Counted from the stretch's first letter, positions 9,631 through 20,123 are shown. The stretch: 64,000 nucleotides of DNA from an uncultured Verrucomicrobiae bacterium (GCA_963806855.1 CAWDYW010000003.1:64001-128000); one strand, 5' to 3'. Notes: generated by a model from the sequence alone, not told the origin. Numbers and translations: made by a program.

Positions 9631-9664
9631 CGCGTCTTTGCAACTTTGCGTCTTTGCGTTGAAA
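9631..9664. repeat. Single-arm copy of the octamer (CTTTGCGT-type) repeat found at 14427-14509
   Basis: Reverse complement tttcaacgcaaagacgcaaagttgcaaagacgcg is nearly identical to 14427-14460. Confidence 0.75.
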
Positions 9665-9691
9665 TAGGTGTTTTTGTTACTCTGCTGAGGT

Positions 9692-12600
9692 ATGTCTTCT
9701 GCTTGGATTCCACTTCACATTCACTCGCAATATTCGATTCTAGACTCAACTGCGCCTCTGAAAAAGCTGGCTGAAAAGGCGGCTGCTTTTCAGATGCCGG
9801 CTCTGGCTCTGACCGATCAGGGCAATCTGCACGGCGCCGTCGATTTCACCAAAGAGTGCAAGGCCAAAGGGATCAAGCCGATCATCGGATGTGAGCTCTA
9901 TGTCGCCCCTGGGGCCCGCCAGGAAAAAATGAAACTGGGACGGCAAAAGCCAGGCTATCCGATTGTCGTGCTGGCCAAGAATAAAGCTGGCTATAAAAAT
10001 TTATGCAAATTGAGCTCTTTGGCCTACTTGGAGGGGTTTTATTACACTCCGCGGATCGATCGTGATCTCCTCAAGGAGTGCCGTGAAGGGTTGGTTTGTC
10101 TATCAGGGCCTGTTGGGGGGAAGATCGCAGAGCTGATCCTCAATGAGGAGGAGGACAAACTCCTAGAGGAAATTCGGTTTTTTCAAGAACTATTCGGAGA
10201 GGATTTCTATTTTGAATTGACTCGTCATCACATGAGTGAGGAGGCGATGCGCGCGGATGGGATGGACCGGGAGTCGTGGCTGATCCAGGTGGCCCGAGAT
10301 TACCAAGCGAAGCAGGAAAGGGTGATCGCGAAGTTGAAGACTCTTTCAGCGGAGCTATCGATACCTCTCGTCGCTTGCAACGACTCTCGCTATATGGAAA
10401 GAGAGGATTGGCGGGCGCATGAGATTTTAATGAATGTCTCTTCGGGGGAGCCTTGCGAAATTTGGGAGAAAGACTCTCAGGGCAATCCTAAGGAGCGGGT
10501 GCTCAATCCGAAGCGCAAAGTGCTCTTTTCACACGAATTCTATTTTAAATCGCAAGAGCAAATGGCCCAGCTTTTTGCCGATTGCCCTGAGGCACTAGCT
10601 GAGACAATCAAAATCGGTGAGAAATGTCAATTTGAGCTCGATTTTTCATCGAAATTTTATCCTGTATTTGTCCCGCCGCATCTGGAAGGAACGTCTTATA
10701 CATCTGAAGAGAGGGAGCAGTCGGCTGCCCAATTTTTGCGAGATTTATGCCAGAGGGGGCTTCCCAAGCGCTATAATGAGGCTGCTTTGCAAAAGGTGCT
10801 CGAGAAATATCCTGGGGCAGATCCGATGCAAGTGGTGACCAAACGCTTAAGCTATGAGCTCGATTTGATCATCTCCAAGGGGCTCTGCGATTACCTCTTG
10901 ATCGTCTACGACTTCATCGCCTGGGCGAAAAGGCAGGGGATACCGATGGGTCCTGGAAGGGGGTCTGGAGCCGGTTCGATCATCTGTTATTTGACCGAGA
11001 TCACCGACATTGAGCCGCTCCGCTTTAACCTCTTCTTCGAGCGTTTTATCAATCCGGAGCGGATGTCTTATCCTGATATCGACGTCGACATCTGTATGGA
11101 GCGGCGCTCCGAGGTGATCGATTATACCATCCACAAATATGGGAAGGAGAATGTCGCGCAGATTATCACTTTTGGGACGATGAAGGCCAAAATGGCAGTG
11201 AAAGATGTGGGCAGAGTGCTCAGCGTGCCTCTGACCAGAGTCAATGAAATTGCCAAGCTGATCCCCGAAGATCCCAACATGACGCTCGACAAGGCCTTGG
11301 AGCTCGATCCTGATCTGCGCAAGCAGTATGAAAGCAATGCTGAGACCAAGAGGCTGATCGATTTGGCCAAAACGTTAGAAGGCTCTGTACGCAACACCGG
11401 AATCCATGCTGCCGGGCTGATTGTGTGCGCCGATCCGCTGATGGAGCATATTCCAATTTGCAATGCCAAAGATGCCAATGTTCTGGTGACGCAGTACGCG
11501 ATGAAGCCGGTGGAGGCTGTCGGGATGCTCAAGATCGACTTCCTGGGTCTCAAGACCTTGACGGCGATTCAACTAGCTGTCGATGCGATTAAGGAGAGCG
11601 AGAACAAGGAGATCGATTGGGTCAATTTGCCCCTCGAGGATAAAGCGACTTTTGATCTGCTTAATCAAGGAAAGACGCTCGGGATATTCCAGCTAGAATC
11701 GGGTGGGATGCAGGATCTGGCAAAACAGCTGCACATCGATAAATTTGAAGAGATCATTGCGGTCGGCGCTCTCTATCGACCAGGCCCGATGGAGATGATC
11801 CCCTCTTTCATCAATCGCAAACATGGACGAGAAAAAATCGAATTTGACCATCCGGCAATGAAGGATATTTTGGCAGAAACTTATGGGATCATGGTCTACC
11901 AAGAGCAGGTCCAGATGATGGCACAGCAGCTCGCCGGGTATAGCTTGGGCGCTGGAGATATTTTGCGTAAAGCGATGGGGAAAAAGGACCGTGAGGAAAT
12001 GGCCCGTCAAAGGGAGAAGTTCCGGACGGGAGCGCTTGCTAATGGGATCGATGAAAAGACCTCGATGGAGATTTTCGACAAAATTGAAAAATTCGCCTCC
12101 TATGGATTTAACAAAGCTCACGCGACAGCCTATGGCTATTTGAGCTATGTGACTGCCTATTTAAAAGCCAATTACCCCGCCCACTGGATGGCAGCGCTGA
12201 TGACGAGCGATCGCGACGATCTGACCAAGGTGACAAAAATTATCCGCGAATGCCAGGCAATGCATATTGCGATTTTGCCTCCCGATGTCAATGAGTCGGG
12301 GACCGCGTTTGCCGCTGTCGAAAAGGGGATCCGCTTTGCGATGACAGCTGTGAAGGGAGTCGGAGAAGGGGTGGTCGAGGCGATCATCGAAGAGCGGAAG
12401 AAAAATGGTCCATTCAAAACCCTCTACGATTTCATTAAGAGAAACGACACCCACAAAGTAGGTAAGAAGATGATCGAGTGCCTTGCTACCGTCGGGGCTT
12501 TCGATTTCGCTGGATGGACGCGGGCGCAGCTTCTGGCCAGCATTGAGCCAATGGTTCAAGTCGCTCAGAAAGAACAAAAAGATCATCAGAAAGGGGAACT

Positions 12601-13435
12601 CAGCTTCTTTGCTCTAATCGAAGATGAGGACTCTCGCTTTTTGGAGCCCCCACAAGTCGCTCCGCTGACGAAAATGGACGTTTTACGAAGAGAAAAGGAG
12701 CTGCTTGGTTTTTATCTGACCGGACACCCTCTCGACGATGTGAGGGAGCTCATGCAGCGACTCAGTTGTCTTGATTTGGAGCAGATTAACCAGCTCAATT
12801 CAGGCGGCGTCTGCCGAGCCGGCTTTGTGATCGAAAGTGTCAATATCCGTTTGGCATCGGGGTCTGGACGGAAATTTGCCATTTTGACAGTTGGTGATGG
12901 GGAGAGCAGGCAGGAATTGCCGATTTGGTCTGATCAATTTGAAGAAAAAGGGCATCTGCTCCTCGAAAATCAGCTGATTTATACAGTCTTACAAGTGGAA
13001 AAAGGTGAAGATGGCACGCTGCGGCTGCAGTGCCGCTGGCTCGACGATTTGACAAAGGCGAGCGAAGAGATGATCAGGCAGTGCGATGAGGCCTTTGATC
13101 GGGCTCGGATGCAGGCAAAAGTAAAAGGAGGGGCATTTCGCAAAGGGGGCCCACCCAAAGAAAAAGAGAGAAAGATGAAAGAAGAAGAGAAGGCTAGGGC
13201 TCTAAAATTAAAACTGAACGCCAAGATGATGCGTCTTTCCCATATCTTGGAATTAAAGCAAATTTTACGCGGTCAGCCAGGTAAAACAGCGGTTGAGATC
13301 GAGTTTTGGTCAGAAGAAACGCAAGTTGGTAAGCTGGCCATAGAGCCTACTTGGGGCGTAGAATTGACAGGGGAGCTTAGAAAAAGTTTAGAATCGCATC
13401 CAGCAATCATTGACATCATGGTTCAATCGATATAG
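9692..13435 (+). CDS. dnaE: DNA polymerase III alpha subunit
   Basis: PHP domain (HIHSQYSILD), GPGRGSGAGS, PDIDVD, FASYGFNKAH. Confidence 0.99.
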   Translation: MSSAWIPLHIHSQYSILDSTAPLKKLAEKAAAFQMPALALTDQGNLHGAVDFTKECKAKGIKPIIGCELYVAPGARQEKMKLGRQKPGYPIVVLAKNKAGYKNLCKLSSLAYLEGFYYTPRIDRDLLKECREGLVCLSGPVGGKIAELILNEEEDKLLEEIRFFQELFGEDFYFELTRHHMSEEAMRADGMDRESWLIQVARDYQAKQERVIAKLKTLSAELSIPLVACNDSRYMEREDWRAHEILMNVSSGEPCEIWEKDSQGNPKERVLNPKRKVLFSHEFYFKSQEQMAQLFADCPEALAETIKIGEKCQFELDFSSKFYPVFVPPHLEGTSYTSEEREQSAAQFLRDLCQRGLPKRYNEAALQKVLEKYPGADPMQVVTKRLSYELDLIISKGLCDYLLIVYDFIAWAKRQGIPMGPGRGSGAGSIICYLTEITDIEPLRFNLFFERFINPERMSYPDIDVDICMERRSEVIDYTIHKYGKENVAQIITFGTMKAKMAVKDVGRVLSVPLTRVNEIAKLIPEDPNMTLDKALELDPDLRKQYESNAETKRLIDLAKTLEGSVRNTGIHAAGLIVCADPLMEHIPICNAKDANVLVTQYAMKPVEAVGMLKIDFLGLKTLTAIQLAVDAIKESENKEIDWVNLPLEDKATFDLLNQGKTLGIFQLESGGMQDLAKQLHIDKFEEIIAVGALYRPGPMEMIPSFINRKHGREKIEFDHPAMKDILAETYGIMVYQEQVQMMAQQLAGYSLGAGDILRKAMGKKDREEMARQREKFRTGALANGIDEKTSMEIFDKIEKFASYGFNKAHATAYGYLSYVTAYLKANYPAHWMAALMTSDRDDLTKVTKIIRECQAMHIAILPPDVNESGTAFAAVEKGIRFAMTAVKGVGEGVVEAIIEERKKNGPFKTLYDFIKRNDTHKVGKKMIECLATVGAFDFAGWTRAQLLASIEPMVQVAQKEQKDHQKGELSFFALIEDEDSRFLEPPQVAPLTKMDVLRREKELLGFYLTGHPLDDVRELMQRLSCLDLEQINQLNSGGVCRAGFVIESVNIRLASGSGRKFAILTVGDGESRQELPIWSDQFEEKGHLLLENQLIYTVLQVEKGEDGTLRLQCRWLDDLTKASEEMIRQCDEAFDRARMQAKVKGGAFRKGGPPKEKERKMKEEEKARALKLKLNAKMMRLSHILELKQILRGQPGKTAVEIEFWSEETQVGKLAIEPTWGVELTGELRKSLESHPAIIDIMVQSI

Positions 13436-13445
13436 AATTGTAGCC

Positions 13446-14414
13446 ATGAAACGATCCATTATTTTTTTAATACTCATTTCTACTAGCTGTTTTGCTAGCC
13501 TGACTCTTAAAAATGGCAAACTTGTCCAGAAAGAAGAGGCGGCCACCGAGTCTGTCCAAGAGCATTATGGTACACTCATGCAAGCCTATGAGGCGCAAGA
13601 ATGGAAGGCTCTTGAAAAAGAGGCGATCATCGTCAGCAAAAGCTTTCCAAATACCCCTTTTGGGCGGGATGCACTCTATTTTTTAGGTGTAGCCTACTTT
13701 AACCAAGAAGATTTTGAACTGGCGAATAGACAGTTCAAAGAGTACTTGACCAATGAAGCCACCCCTAAGTATTTTGAAGAGGCCATTCGACATAAATTTG
13801 AGATCGCCGATCAATTCCGCAACGGGGCGCGCAAACACCTACTCGGATTAAAGAGCATGCCGAAATGGGCACCTGCCGATGATGAAGCTCTCGAAATTTA
13901 CGACGAAGTGATCTCCGCACTTCCACACAATGAAATGGCTGCGAAAGCGCTCTACGGAAAAGCGAAATTACAGTCGAAAGGGGAAGATTACCGGGCTGCG
14001 ATTGAAACATTTCAGACCCTGATCCGGCGCTTCTCAAAGCATCCTCTAGCGGTCGAGAGCTATATCGGAATTGGAGAAATCTATCTCGAACAGAGCAAAG
14101 ACGAATATCCCGATCCCGACTTCCTCGATCTTGCAGAGCTCAACCTGCGCAAATTCAAGACGAGTTTCCCAGGCGAAGAGAAGATTGCAGTCGCGGTCGA
14201 CAATTTACATCAAATGGAAAACCATTATGCTTCTTCCTTCTATGAAACCGCCCAATTTTATGAGCGGACAAAGAAATGGGGCGCCGCGAAGATTTACTAC
14301 ACGAAAATCCTCGCTAGTTTTCCCGACACGCAGCTCGCCGATAGAAGCCGTGCGCGCCTTGAAGTCGTGAATGTAAAAGTTGCTGAGTTCGACGCCAAAA
14401 AAGCTGAGAAATGA
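13446..14414 (+). CDS. bamD: Outer membrane protein assembly factor BamD-like TPR protein
   Basis: Signal peptide, TPR-like repeats, C-terminal AKIYYTKILASFPDT; chlamydial position after dnaE. Confidence 0.75.
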   Translation: MKRSIIFLILISTSCFASLTLKNGKLVQKEEAATESVQEHYGTLMQAYEAQEWKALEKEAIIVSKSFPNTPFGRDALYFLGVAYFNQEDFELANRQFKEYLTNEATPKYFEEAIRHKFEIADQFRNGARKHLLGLKSMPKWAPADDEALEIYDEVISALPHNEMAAKALYGKAKLQSKGEDYRAAIETFQTLIRRFSKHPLAVESYIGIGEIYLEQSKDEYPDPDFLDLAELNLRKFKTSFPGEEKIAVAVDNLHQMENHYASSFYETAQFYERTKKWGAAKIYYTKILASFPDTQLADRSRARLEVVNVKVAEFDAKKAEK

Positions 14415-15076
14415 TTTTTAATTACTTTTCAACGCAAAGACGCAAAGGCGCAAAGACGCAAAAAAGAATTATATTTTCTTGCGTCTTTGCGCCTTTGCGT
14501 CTTTGCGTTCTCTTCCTAGCTGCCTGCGGGTACCATATGGAGCGAGGCGAAAAGATTTCCATCGCGGTTCCCTATGTCATTGGCGATCACGAAGGGGCCC
14601 TCACCGAAGCGCTCGCCAGAGCGATTTCCCGCACCGCTAACTTTGAATATGCGAAAGACGATGGAGATTGGATTCTTAAGGCCAAGATTCTCAAAGTCAA
14701 TAACGACCGGATTGGCTATCGCTACGACCGAGATGACAAGAGTGGAAAGCGGCGCGATAACATCATTGGAACCGAAAACCGAAAAGAAATATCCGTTGAG
14801 GTTTCGATAGTCGATGCGACGACCGATAAATTGATCGCTGGCCCGCAAGTCATTAAGGCGGATGTGCAGTATGATTATGTCGATCCCAATTCGCTGCAAG
14901 ATCTCTCTTTTATCGATCCAGAAACAGGAAGACGGGTCACTTCTATCGCCTTTTCTTTAGGGCAGCTCGATTCTGTCGGATCGGCCGGAGAAGATGCGAT
15001 CTATCCGATTTATCGAATCCTCGCCCAAAAAATTGTCGACGGTTTGATTGCAGCAGGAGATGAAGATGGAAGCTAA
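14411..15076 (+). CDS. LptE-like lipoprotein
   Basis: Lipobox LAAC-GY followed by an LptE-like SIAVPYV segment; lies between bamD and rsbW. Confidence 0.7.
   Translation: MIFNYFSTQRRKGAKTQKRIIFSCVFAPLRLCVLFLAACGYHMERGEKISIAVPYVIGDHEGALTEALARAISRTANFEYAKDDGDWILKAKILKVNNDRIGYRYDRDDKSGKRRDNIIGTENRKEISVEVSIVDATTDKLIAGPQVIKADVQYDYVDPNSLQDLSFIDPETGRRVTSIAFSLGQLDSVGSAGEDAIYPIYRILAQKIVDGLIAAGDEDGS
14431..14509. repeat. Perfect 31-bp inverted repeat built from octamer units, inside a CDS
   Basis: Arms 14431-14461 and 14479-14509 are exact reverse complements with a 17-nt spacer. Confidence 0.95.
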
Positions 15077-15467
15077 ATTTCCAGCCGAAATAGACGCACT
15101 GCCACAGATGCTCAGTTGGGTCAGAGGGCAAATTGAACCGACCGAGCTAGTAGAGAAAGAAAAAAAACGGGTAGAGCTGGCGATGGAAGAGGCGATTGTC
15201 AATGTGATCACACATGGCAAGCCTGGGGAGATCGAGCTGCTGTGCCGCTGTGAACCAGCAGAGAGGATCGAATTTATCTTGAAAGATAGCGGCCCCCCGT
15301 TTAATCCGATTACCGAAGATGAAGATCTCCAAATGGATGTAAATTTGGAAGAGAGGGAGCCGGGGGGACTTGGCCTTTCCATTATGCGTAGATACATGGA
15401 CCTGCTTCTCTATCGTCGTGAAGAGAACCAGAATGTTCTCACAATGATTAAAGTCATTAGCTACTGA
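15066..15467 (+). CDS. rsbW: Anti-sigma factor / Ser kinase RsbW
   Basis: ELAMEEAIVNVITH, DSGPPFNP, PGGLGL (HATPase_c_2 motifs). Confidence 0.9.
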   Translation: MEAKFPAEIDALPQMLSWVRGQIEPTELVEKEKKRVELAMEEAIVNVITHGKPGEIELLCRCEPAERIEFILKDSGPPFNPITEDEDLQMDVNLEEREPGGLGLSIMRRYMDLLLYRREENQNVLTMIKVISY

Positions 15468-15892
15468 GGTTTTTTGCCGATTGAGGAGATGATCGCATCG
15501 GTATCGATCACTTCGATCAGAAAATGTTGCAAAATCTTCAGAATGAATTTGGGGTTGTTATAGACGCCCGATGTCTCATAAACGAGCTCGAGGTGCGCCT
15601 TATCTTTATGTAGTTGAGAGATATAAGTGTGGGTTGTCGAAACATCCCCCACCATTTTGGGGACAATCCAGATCGCGAATTTCTCATTGAGGAGTGTAAT
15701 TTTATCAGGGGTTTCCAAGACGTGAAAGTACTGGGTCACATCATCGGGCTCCTCTTCATCGAAATCTTCTTGATTCAGTAGCCCCATTTCGCAGAGAGCT
15801 TCGAGATTGATTTGGATGATCCCATCGGGAACCCACTTTTTGAAATTCAGGTTGAAGTTTTGAAAGGCTTCTTCTAGCTCGTTAGGGGTCAT
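15461..15892 (-). CDS. Conserved chlamydial hypothetical protein between rsbW and dacC
   Basis: 143-aa ORF in the conserved syntenic position. Confidence 0.75.
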   Translation of the reverse strand: MTPNELEEAFQNFNLNFKKWVPDGIIQINLEALCEMGLLNQEDFDEEEPDDVTQYFHVLETPDKITLLNEKFAIWIVPKMVGDVSTTHTYISQLHKDKAHLELVYETSGVYNNPKFILKILQHFLIEVIDTDAIISSIGKKPQ

Positions 15893-15959
15893 GGTTCTCC
15901 TTCTGCGCCGGTTCCCTCACTTGACCATATCGGCCTTTTTTTTTAAAGTAGTCATCATT

Positions 15960-17207
15960 ATGAAACGATCATTCTTCGCCATTTCCTTCGCCCTTCTCCT
16001 GGTTGCTGGCCTTCAGGCTCAGCCGCTTAAATGCTCGATCCAGGCAAGATCAGCTATTTTATACAATCCAGATACGGGGGCCATTTTATTTGAGAAAGAG
16101 CCCCACCTACTCCATCATCCCGCCAGCATCATGAAAATCGCGACGGCCCTGTATGTCCTCGAAGAGAAAAAAAGCGATCTGCGGATGCCCTGTTTCGTCT
16201 CAAAGAAAGCGATGGAGATCATGAACGCTACTGTAAAACAGGCCGATTTCGACGCCTATCCCGCTCATATTCTTGAACATGACGGGGTCATGATGGGAAT
16301 TAAGGTTGGCCAAACCTACTCACTTGAAACGATGCTTCATGGACTGCTGCTGCGCTCCGGCAATGATGCAGGCAATGTCATCGCAGAATCCACCGCGGGA
16401 TCGATCGAGAAATTTGTCGAAGAACTCAATGGATACCTCCAATCTAAGGGGATGATAAAAACACATTTCTGCAATCCTCATGGATTGCACCATCCGAACC
16501 AGGTCACCACGGCTTATGAAATGGCCCTGATCACCGCTTTAGCCCTCGAGAACCCCACCTTTGCCAGGATCTTAAAGACAGTCTCCTATGAGGGAGAATA
16601 CTCCATGACAATCGTAAACAAGATTGTCAAGAGCGGTAAGTATAATTACCCCAAGAGCTTAGGGGCCAAGATCGGATACACCGCCGATGCGGGTCACAAT
16701 TTTGTTGCTGTTGCTGAGGAAAATGGGCGACGGCTCATCGTCGTGTTACTTGGATGTAAAACCAGAGATGATCGCTTTAAAGAAGCCATGGCTCTTTTCG
16801 AAGCCGCATTTCGAGAGAAGAAGAAAGATCGACTCCTTTTCCCCAAGGAACATGAGTGTTTTATTCGCAAGATTCCAAAAGCCAGTGGCCCATTGAAGGG
16901 CCGTCTTGATCGCGATGTGGTGGTTTCCTATTTCCCTTCGGAGGAAAAAGAGCTGAAGGCGCGGCTCATTTGGAATAGCTTAGAGTTGCCCATCCCGGCT
17001 GGAAAAGAGATAGGGAAGCTACTGGTGGAGGATGTGACCGGCAAAACAATCGTCGAGACACCTCTCTTTTCTGAAACCGGGCTAAAGAAAGCGGTGATCT
17101 ATCAAATTCTCGACTTTGCGAAGCAGATCGCCATCTGGGGCACGGTTCTATTTGCCCTGGTGATAGCTTTTAAGTTTTTCAAAAAGCGCCCCAAAATCGA
17201 CAAGTGA
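15960..17207 (+). CDS. dacC: D-alanyl-D-alanine carboxypeptidase (peptidase S11)
   Basis: PASIMK (SxxK), SGNDA, FCNPHGL, KIG in place of KTG, C-terminal membrane anchor. Confidence 0.9.
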   Translation: MKRSFFAISFALLLVAGLQAQPLKCSIQARSAILYNPDTGAILFEKEPHLLHHPASIMKIATALYVLEEKKSDLRMPCFVSKKAMEIMNATVKQADFDAYPAHILEHDGVMMGIKVGQTYSLETMLHGLLLRSGNDAGNVIAESTAGSIEKFVEELNGYLQSKGMIKTHFCNPHGLHHPNQVTTAYEMALITALALENPTFARILKTVSYEGEYSMTIVNKIVKSGKYNYPKSLGAKIGYTADAGHNFVAVAEENGRRLIVVLLGCKTRDDRFKEAMALFEAAFREKKKDRLLFPKEHECFIRKIPKASGPLKGRLDRDVVVSYFPSEEKELKARLIWNSLELPIPAGKEIGKLLVEDVTGKTIVETPLFSETGLKKAVIYQILDFAKQIAIWGTVLFALVIAFKFFKKRPKIDK

Positions 17208-17954
17208 CAGCTCCTGCGGACGCGCCGTTGCAAACCCAAGAGATTTCAACGCCTCCTCAATTCCTTCCATCTCCCGAAGAGAGGATCGCAGCATTTTGCG
17301 CCGCTGCCCAAAGGCTTTGCGGGTCATGACAAAGAACTCCTCAGCAGAAAATGAAAAGGGGAATGGTTTAAGAGGCAGATGGACGACGCAAGAATAGACC
17401 GAAGGGGCAGGGTAGAAAGAGTTAGGCTTAACCGTAAAACAATAACGTGGAGTGCTATAGGCATTCAAAAACAATGTAAAGCTGCTGTACATTGGGGTAT
17501 TTTCTTTAGCGACCATCCGCTGTCCCACCTCTTTTTGGACCATCACAGTCAGGGAGCTGATTTGAGGGAATTTGTCGATGAAGCGGGCGATCATGGGCGT
17601 CGTAATATGATAAGGGAGGTTGGCAACTATTTTTAATCCCGATGGAAGCTCATTGATGGGAAAAGTGAGGGCATCATCGCAGAAGACCTTGAGCCTATTC
17701 TGATCGAGCCTTGTCAGTTTTTCTGCCAGCTCTTTATCTTTTTCGACTGCGTAAATGAAAGCCCCTTTTTTTAGCATGCATTCGGTCAACGCACCGGGGC
17801 CCGGTCCAATTTCTAGGATCTGATCCCCCTCCGCAATGGAGGCGGCGACGCAGATCTTTTCGAGAATGTTTTGATCGATGAGAAAGTTTTGGGAAAGGCT
17901 CTTTTTAGCTCGGACACCTAATTGATGGAGTTCTGATGGACGATAAATCGGCAT
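17148..17954 (-). CDS. rsmA: 16S rRNA dimethyladenosine transferase
   Basis: KKSLSQNFL, EIGPGPG, VANLPY, QRRKML. Confidence 0.97.
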   Translation of the reverse strand: MPIYRPSELHQLGVRAKKSLSQNFLIDQNILEKICVAASIAEGDQILEIGPGPGALTECMLKKGAFIYAVEKDKELAEKLTRLDQNRLKVFCDDALTFPINELPSGLKIVANLPYHITTPMIARFIDKFPQISSLTVMVQKEVGQRMVAKENTPMYSSFTLFLNAYSTPRYCFTVKPNSFYPAPSVYSCVVHLPLKPFPFSFSAEEFFVMTRKAFGQRRKMLRSSLREMEGIEEALKSLGFATARPQELSLVDFGALFEKLKSYHQGK

Positions 17955-18985
17955 TAAAGCAAGGAAAAGGGCTGGAAGTCAGTCGGGATCGCCTCGAGGC
18001 TCTTCTCATCAAAATTGAACTGTTTGCGCAATTTGGCGATGTAGAGAGGAAACTCTTGTTCAATCTCCTTTTCGATTAGTTCATCTTGAAGATTTCCCAC
18101 CATAGCGACATCGAATTTGGGGGGCGGGCTGACAGTATGATCTTTTAGATAGAATATCCGGTGGACGACACTTTTATCGCGGCTAACTTGAGGAGTTGGT
18201 TCACTATATGTTCCAGGGGAGAGATTACAGATGACAGCTTTATGCGAATCGGAGAGGGCTTTGCCTTCGACACAATATTCATCCGACACTGTAACGGAGA
18301 TATTTTCTTCTTCTCCGGTTTGATCTTTTAGGAGCTTGGCAAGCTCTTCGAATGGAAGTGGCTCATTTTTAATGACGGCTTGAGCCTTTTGAGCATAGAT
18401 ATTGCCGAGTTGTTCGGTTTTTCCTCGAATCGAAATGACCTGATATTTCCACTCCTCTTTTGGGGGATTTTTCACGACATGGTCTTGGAATGCAGTTTTA
18501 ATCGATTGAGGCCCAACGCGGTTGAGTGCCTTTGAATGGACTCGATACCAGGTCATTCTCTGGGAGGCGATTTCATGGTGGATCATAGCCCGGGCTTCAT
18601 CATAGCTAACTCCCAATTGGTCGAGCGTCGCAATCACATTGGGCCCAAAGCGTTCATGGATCAGTTCTCGGATGTCACCATCGGTGATTTTCATCTCAAG
18701 CCGCTCAGCATCCGCTACAATCAGCTCACTGTCGATCATCTGATTCAGAGTCCGTCTCCAATTTTGAGAGAAAAACTGATGGCGATGGGTGTTCGATTTG
18801 GCGTATTCGGGGTAGGCTCGGGCCAAGTAGACGTCCATCTTTTTCATCACGTCGATGACCGAAATGTTTTTCCCATTTACTGTAGCTAAAATGCGATTCT
18901 GGACGATGAGCTCGCCTTGAGCTGGCTCATTTGCAATAGCCAAAAGTGGCAAAAGAAGCAGAAAGGGAAGAAGTTTTAATTTCAT
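17954..18985 (-). CDS. SurA-like periplasmic chaperone
   Basis: Signal peptide, NRILATVNG SurA-N motif, degenerate parvulin-like C-terminal part. Confidence 0.7.
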   Translation of the reverse strand: MKLKLLPFLLLLPLLAIANEPAQGELIVQNRILATVNGKNISVIDVMKKMDVYLARAYPEYAKSNTHRHQFFSQNWRRTLNQMIDSELIVADAERLEMKITDGDIRELIHERFGPNVIATLDQLGVSYDEARAMIHHEIASQRMTWYRVHSKALNRVGPQSIKTAFQDHVVKNPPKEEWKYQVISIRGKTEQLGNIYAQKAQAVIKNEPLPFEELAKLLKDQTGEEENISVTVSDEYCVEGKALSDSHKAVICNLSPGTYSEPTPQVSRDKSVVHRIFYLKDHTVSPPPKFDVAMVGNLQDELIEKEIEQEFPLYIAKLRKQFNFDEKSLEAIPTDFQPFSLL

Positions 18986-18992
18986 ATGATCA

Positions 18993-20123
18993 CTATATCT
19001 GTTTGTGGGTTAAAATTGCACCAAAAAATCCATCCATCCCACCTTTGATGGGAAGCGATTTAAATGGAATGCCCACCGACTCTAGTCCATAAGTCTGATT
19101 GAAAAATTGGAGCTGCTGCTCATTTTCTTCTGGAAGGATGCTGCAAGTGGCGTAAACGATTTTTCCATTCGGCGCGAGATAGGTGAGCGCTTCGCTAAAA
19201 ATTGCCCGCTGCTCTGCGACAAGCCGGCTCAACATTTCGGGCGAAAATTTCCATTTAAGGTCGGGATTGCGGCGCAAGGTTCCCGATCCGCTACAGGGGA
19301 CGTCGACTAAAACCCAATCCATTTTGCCTTTTAAAGCTTTTTTATTAGGGGAGGAGAGGAGCTGACAATTTTCAATTCCTGCGCGCTTTAACCGTTTTTT
19401 TGCTTCCTGAAGAGGGCGATCGCGGATATCATGCAAATAGATCTGCCCTTTGCCTTGAAGCTTGGGGGCAAAGGCTAGTGTTTTCCCTCCCGCACCAGCG
19501 CAGTAGTCGAGTACTTGGTCGCCTGGTTTAGCATCGACCAAATTCGCAACGAGTTGGCTCCCCTCATCTTGCACATCGAAGAGCCCCATCTTAAATTCTT
19601 CTAACTCGTTAAAATTGACCTTTTCTGCAAAGTGGATCCCTAATTCAGAATGGGGTGTGGCTCGAATTGAAAACCTCTTTTCTAATAGGCTCATCAATTC
19701 GGCGCGAGTCGTTTTAAGAGGATTGATTCGGACAGTTGTCGGGGCTGGGGAATTGCTGCTTAAACAGATATCGAATGCCTCCGTTTCTCCATAGCAATTG
19801 ATCAGAAGGTTAAAAAAATGCCTTGGGAAACTGGCGCGGATATGCACCGGGATTGAGGGGTCTTGCGCTTTTTGCAAGATATCGATTTGCTCAAGTACCT
19901 TGCACCTTTCGCTCCAGCCATGTGCGCCGGGACAAAAATAATCAATTAGACTCAGCCACCGCACCAATTTGTAAATTTTTTCTGCAATGACCTTTCGATC
20001 TTTCGAGCCAATCGCCCGGTGGTTTCGAAAATAATGCCCCAGATGGACATCGAGAGGGACCGATCCAAAATCCGTAGAATTAAGAATTTGAAAAAGATGG
20101 TGATCGCGAAAAGTTTTCTCCAT
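18993..20123 (-). CDS. RsmB/NOP (Fmu/Sun) RNA m5C methyltransferase
   Basis: QDEGSQ, DYCAGAGGK, DVPCSGSG, YATCS. Confidence 0.93.
   Translation of the reverse strand: MEKTFRDHHLFQILNSTDFGSVPLDVHLGHYFRNHRAIGSKDRKVIAEKIYKLVRWLSLIDYFCPGAHGWSERCKVLEQIDILQKAQDPSIPVHIRASFPRHFFNLLINCYGETEAFDICLSSNSPAPTTVRINPLKTTRAELMSLLEKRFSIRATPHSELGIHFAEKVNFNELEEFKMGLFDVQDEGSQLVANLVDAKPGDQVLDYCAGAGGKTLAFAPKLQGKGQIYLHDIRDRPLQEAKKRLKRAGIENCQLLSSPNKKALKGKMDWVLVDVPCSGSGTLRRNPDLKWKFSPEMLSRLVAEQRAIFSEALTYLAPNGKIVYATCSILPEENEQQLQFFNQTYGLESVGIPFKSLPIKGGMDGFFGAILTHKQI

Noticed and set aside
9692..13435. Possible intein or unusual insertion in DnaE
   Set aside because: No intein terminal motifs; length and short PHP-domain insertions fit chlamydial DnaE.
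17148..17207. 60-bp convergent overlap of dacC and rsmA
   Set aside because: Tail-to-tail overlaps are common in compact genomes; no further signal.
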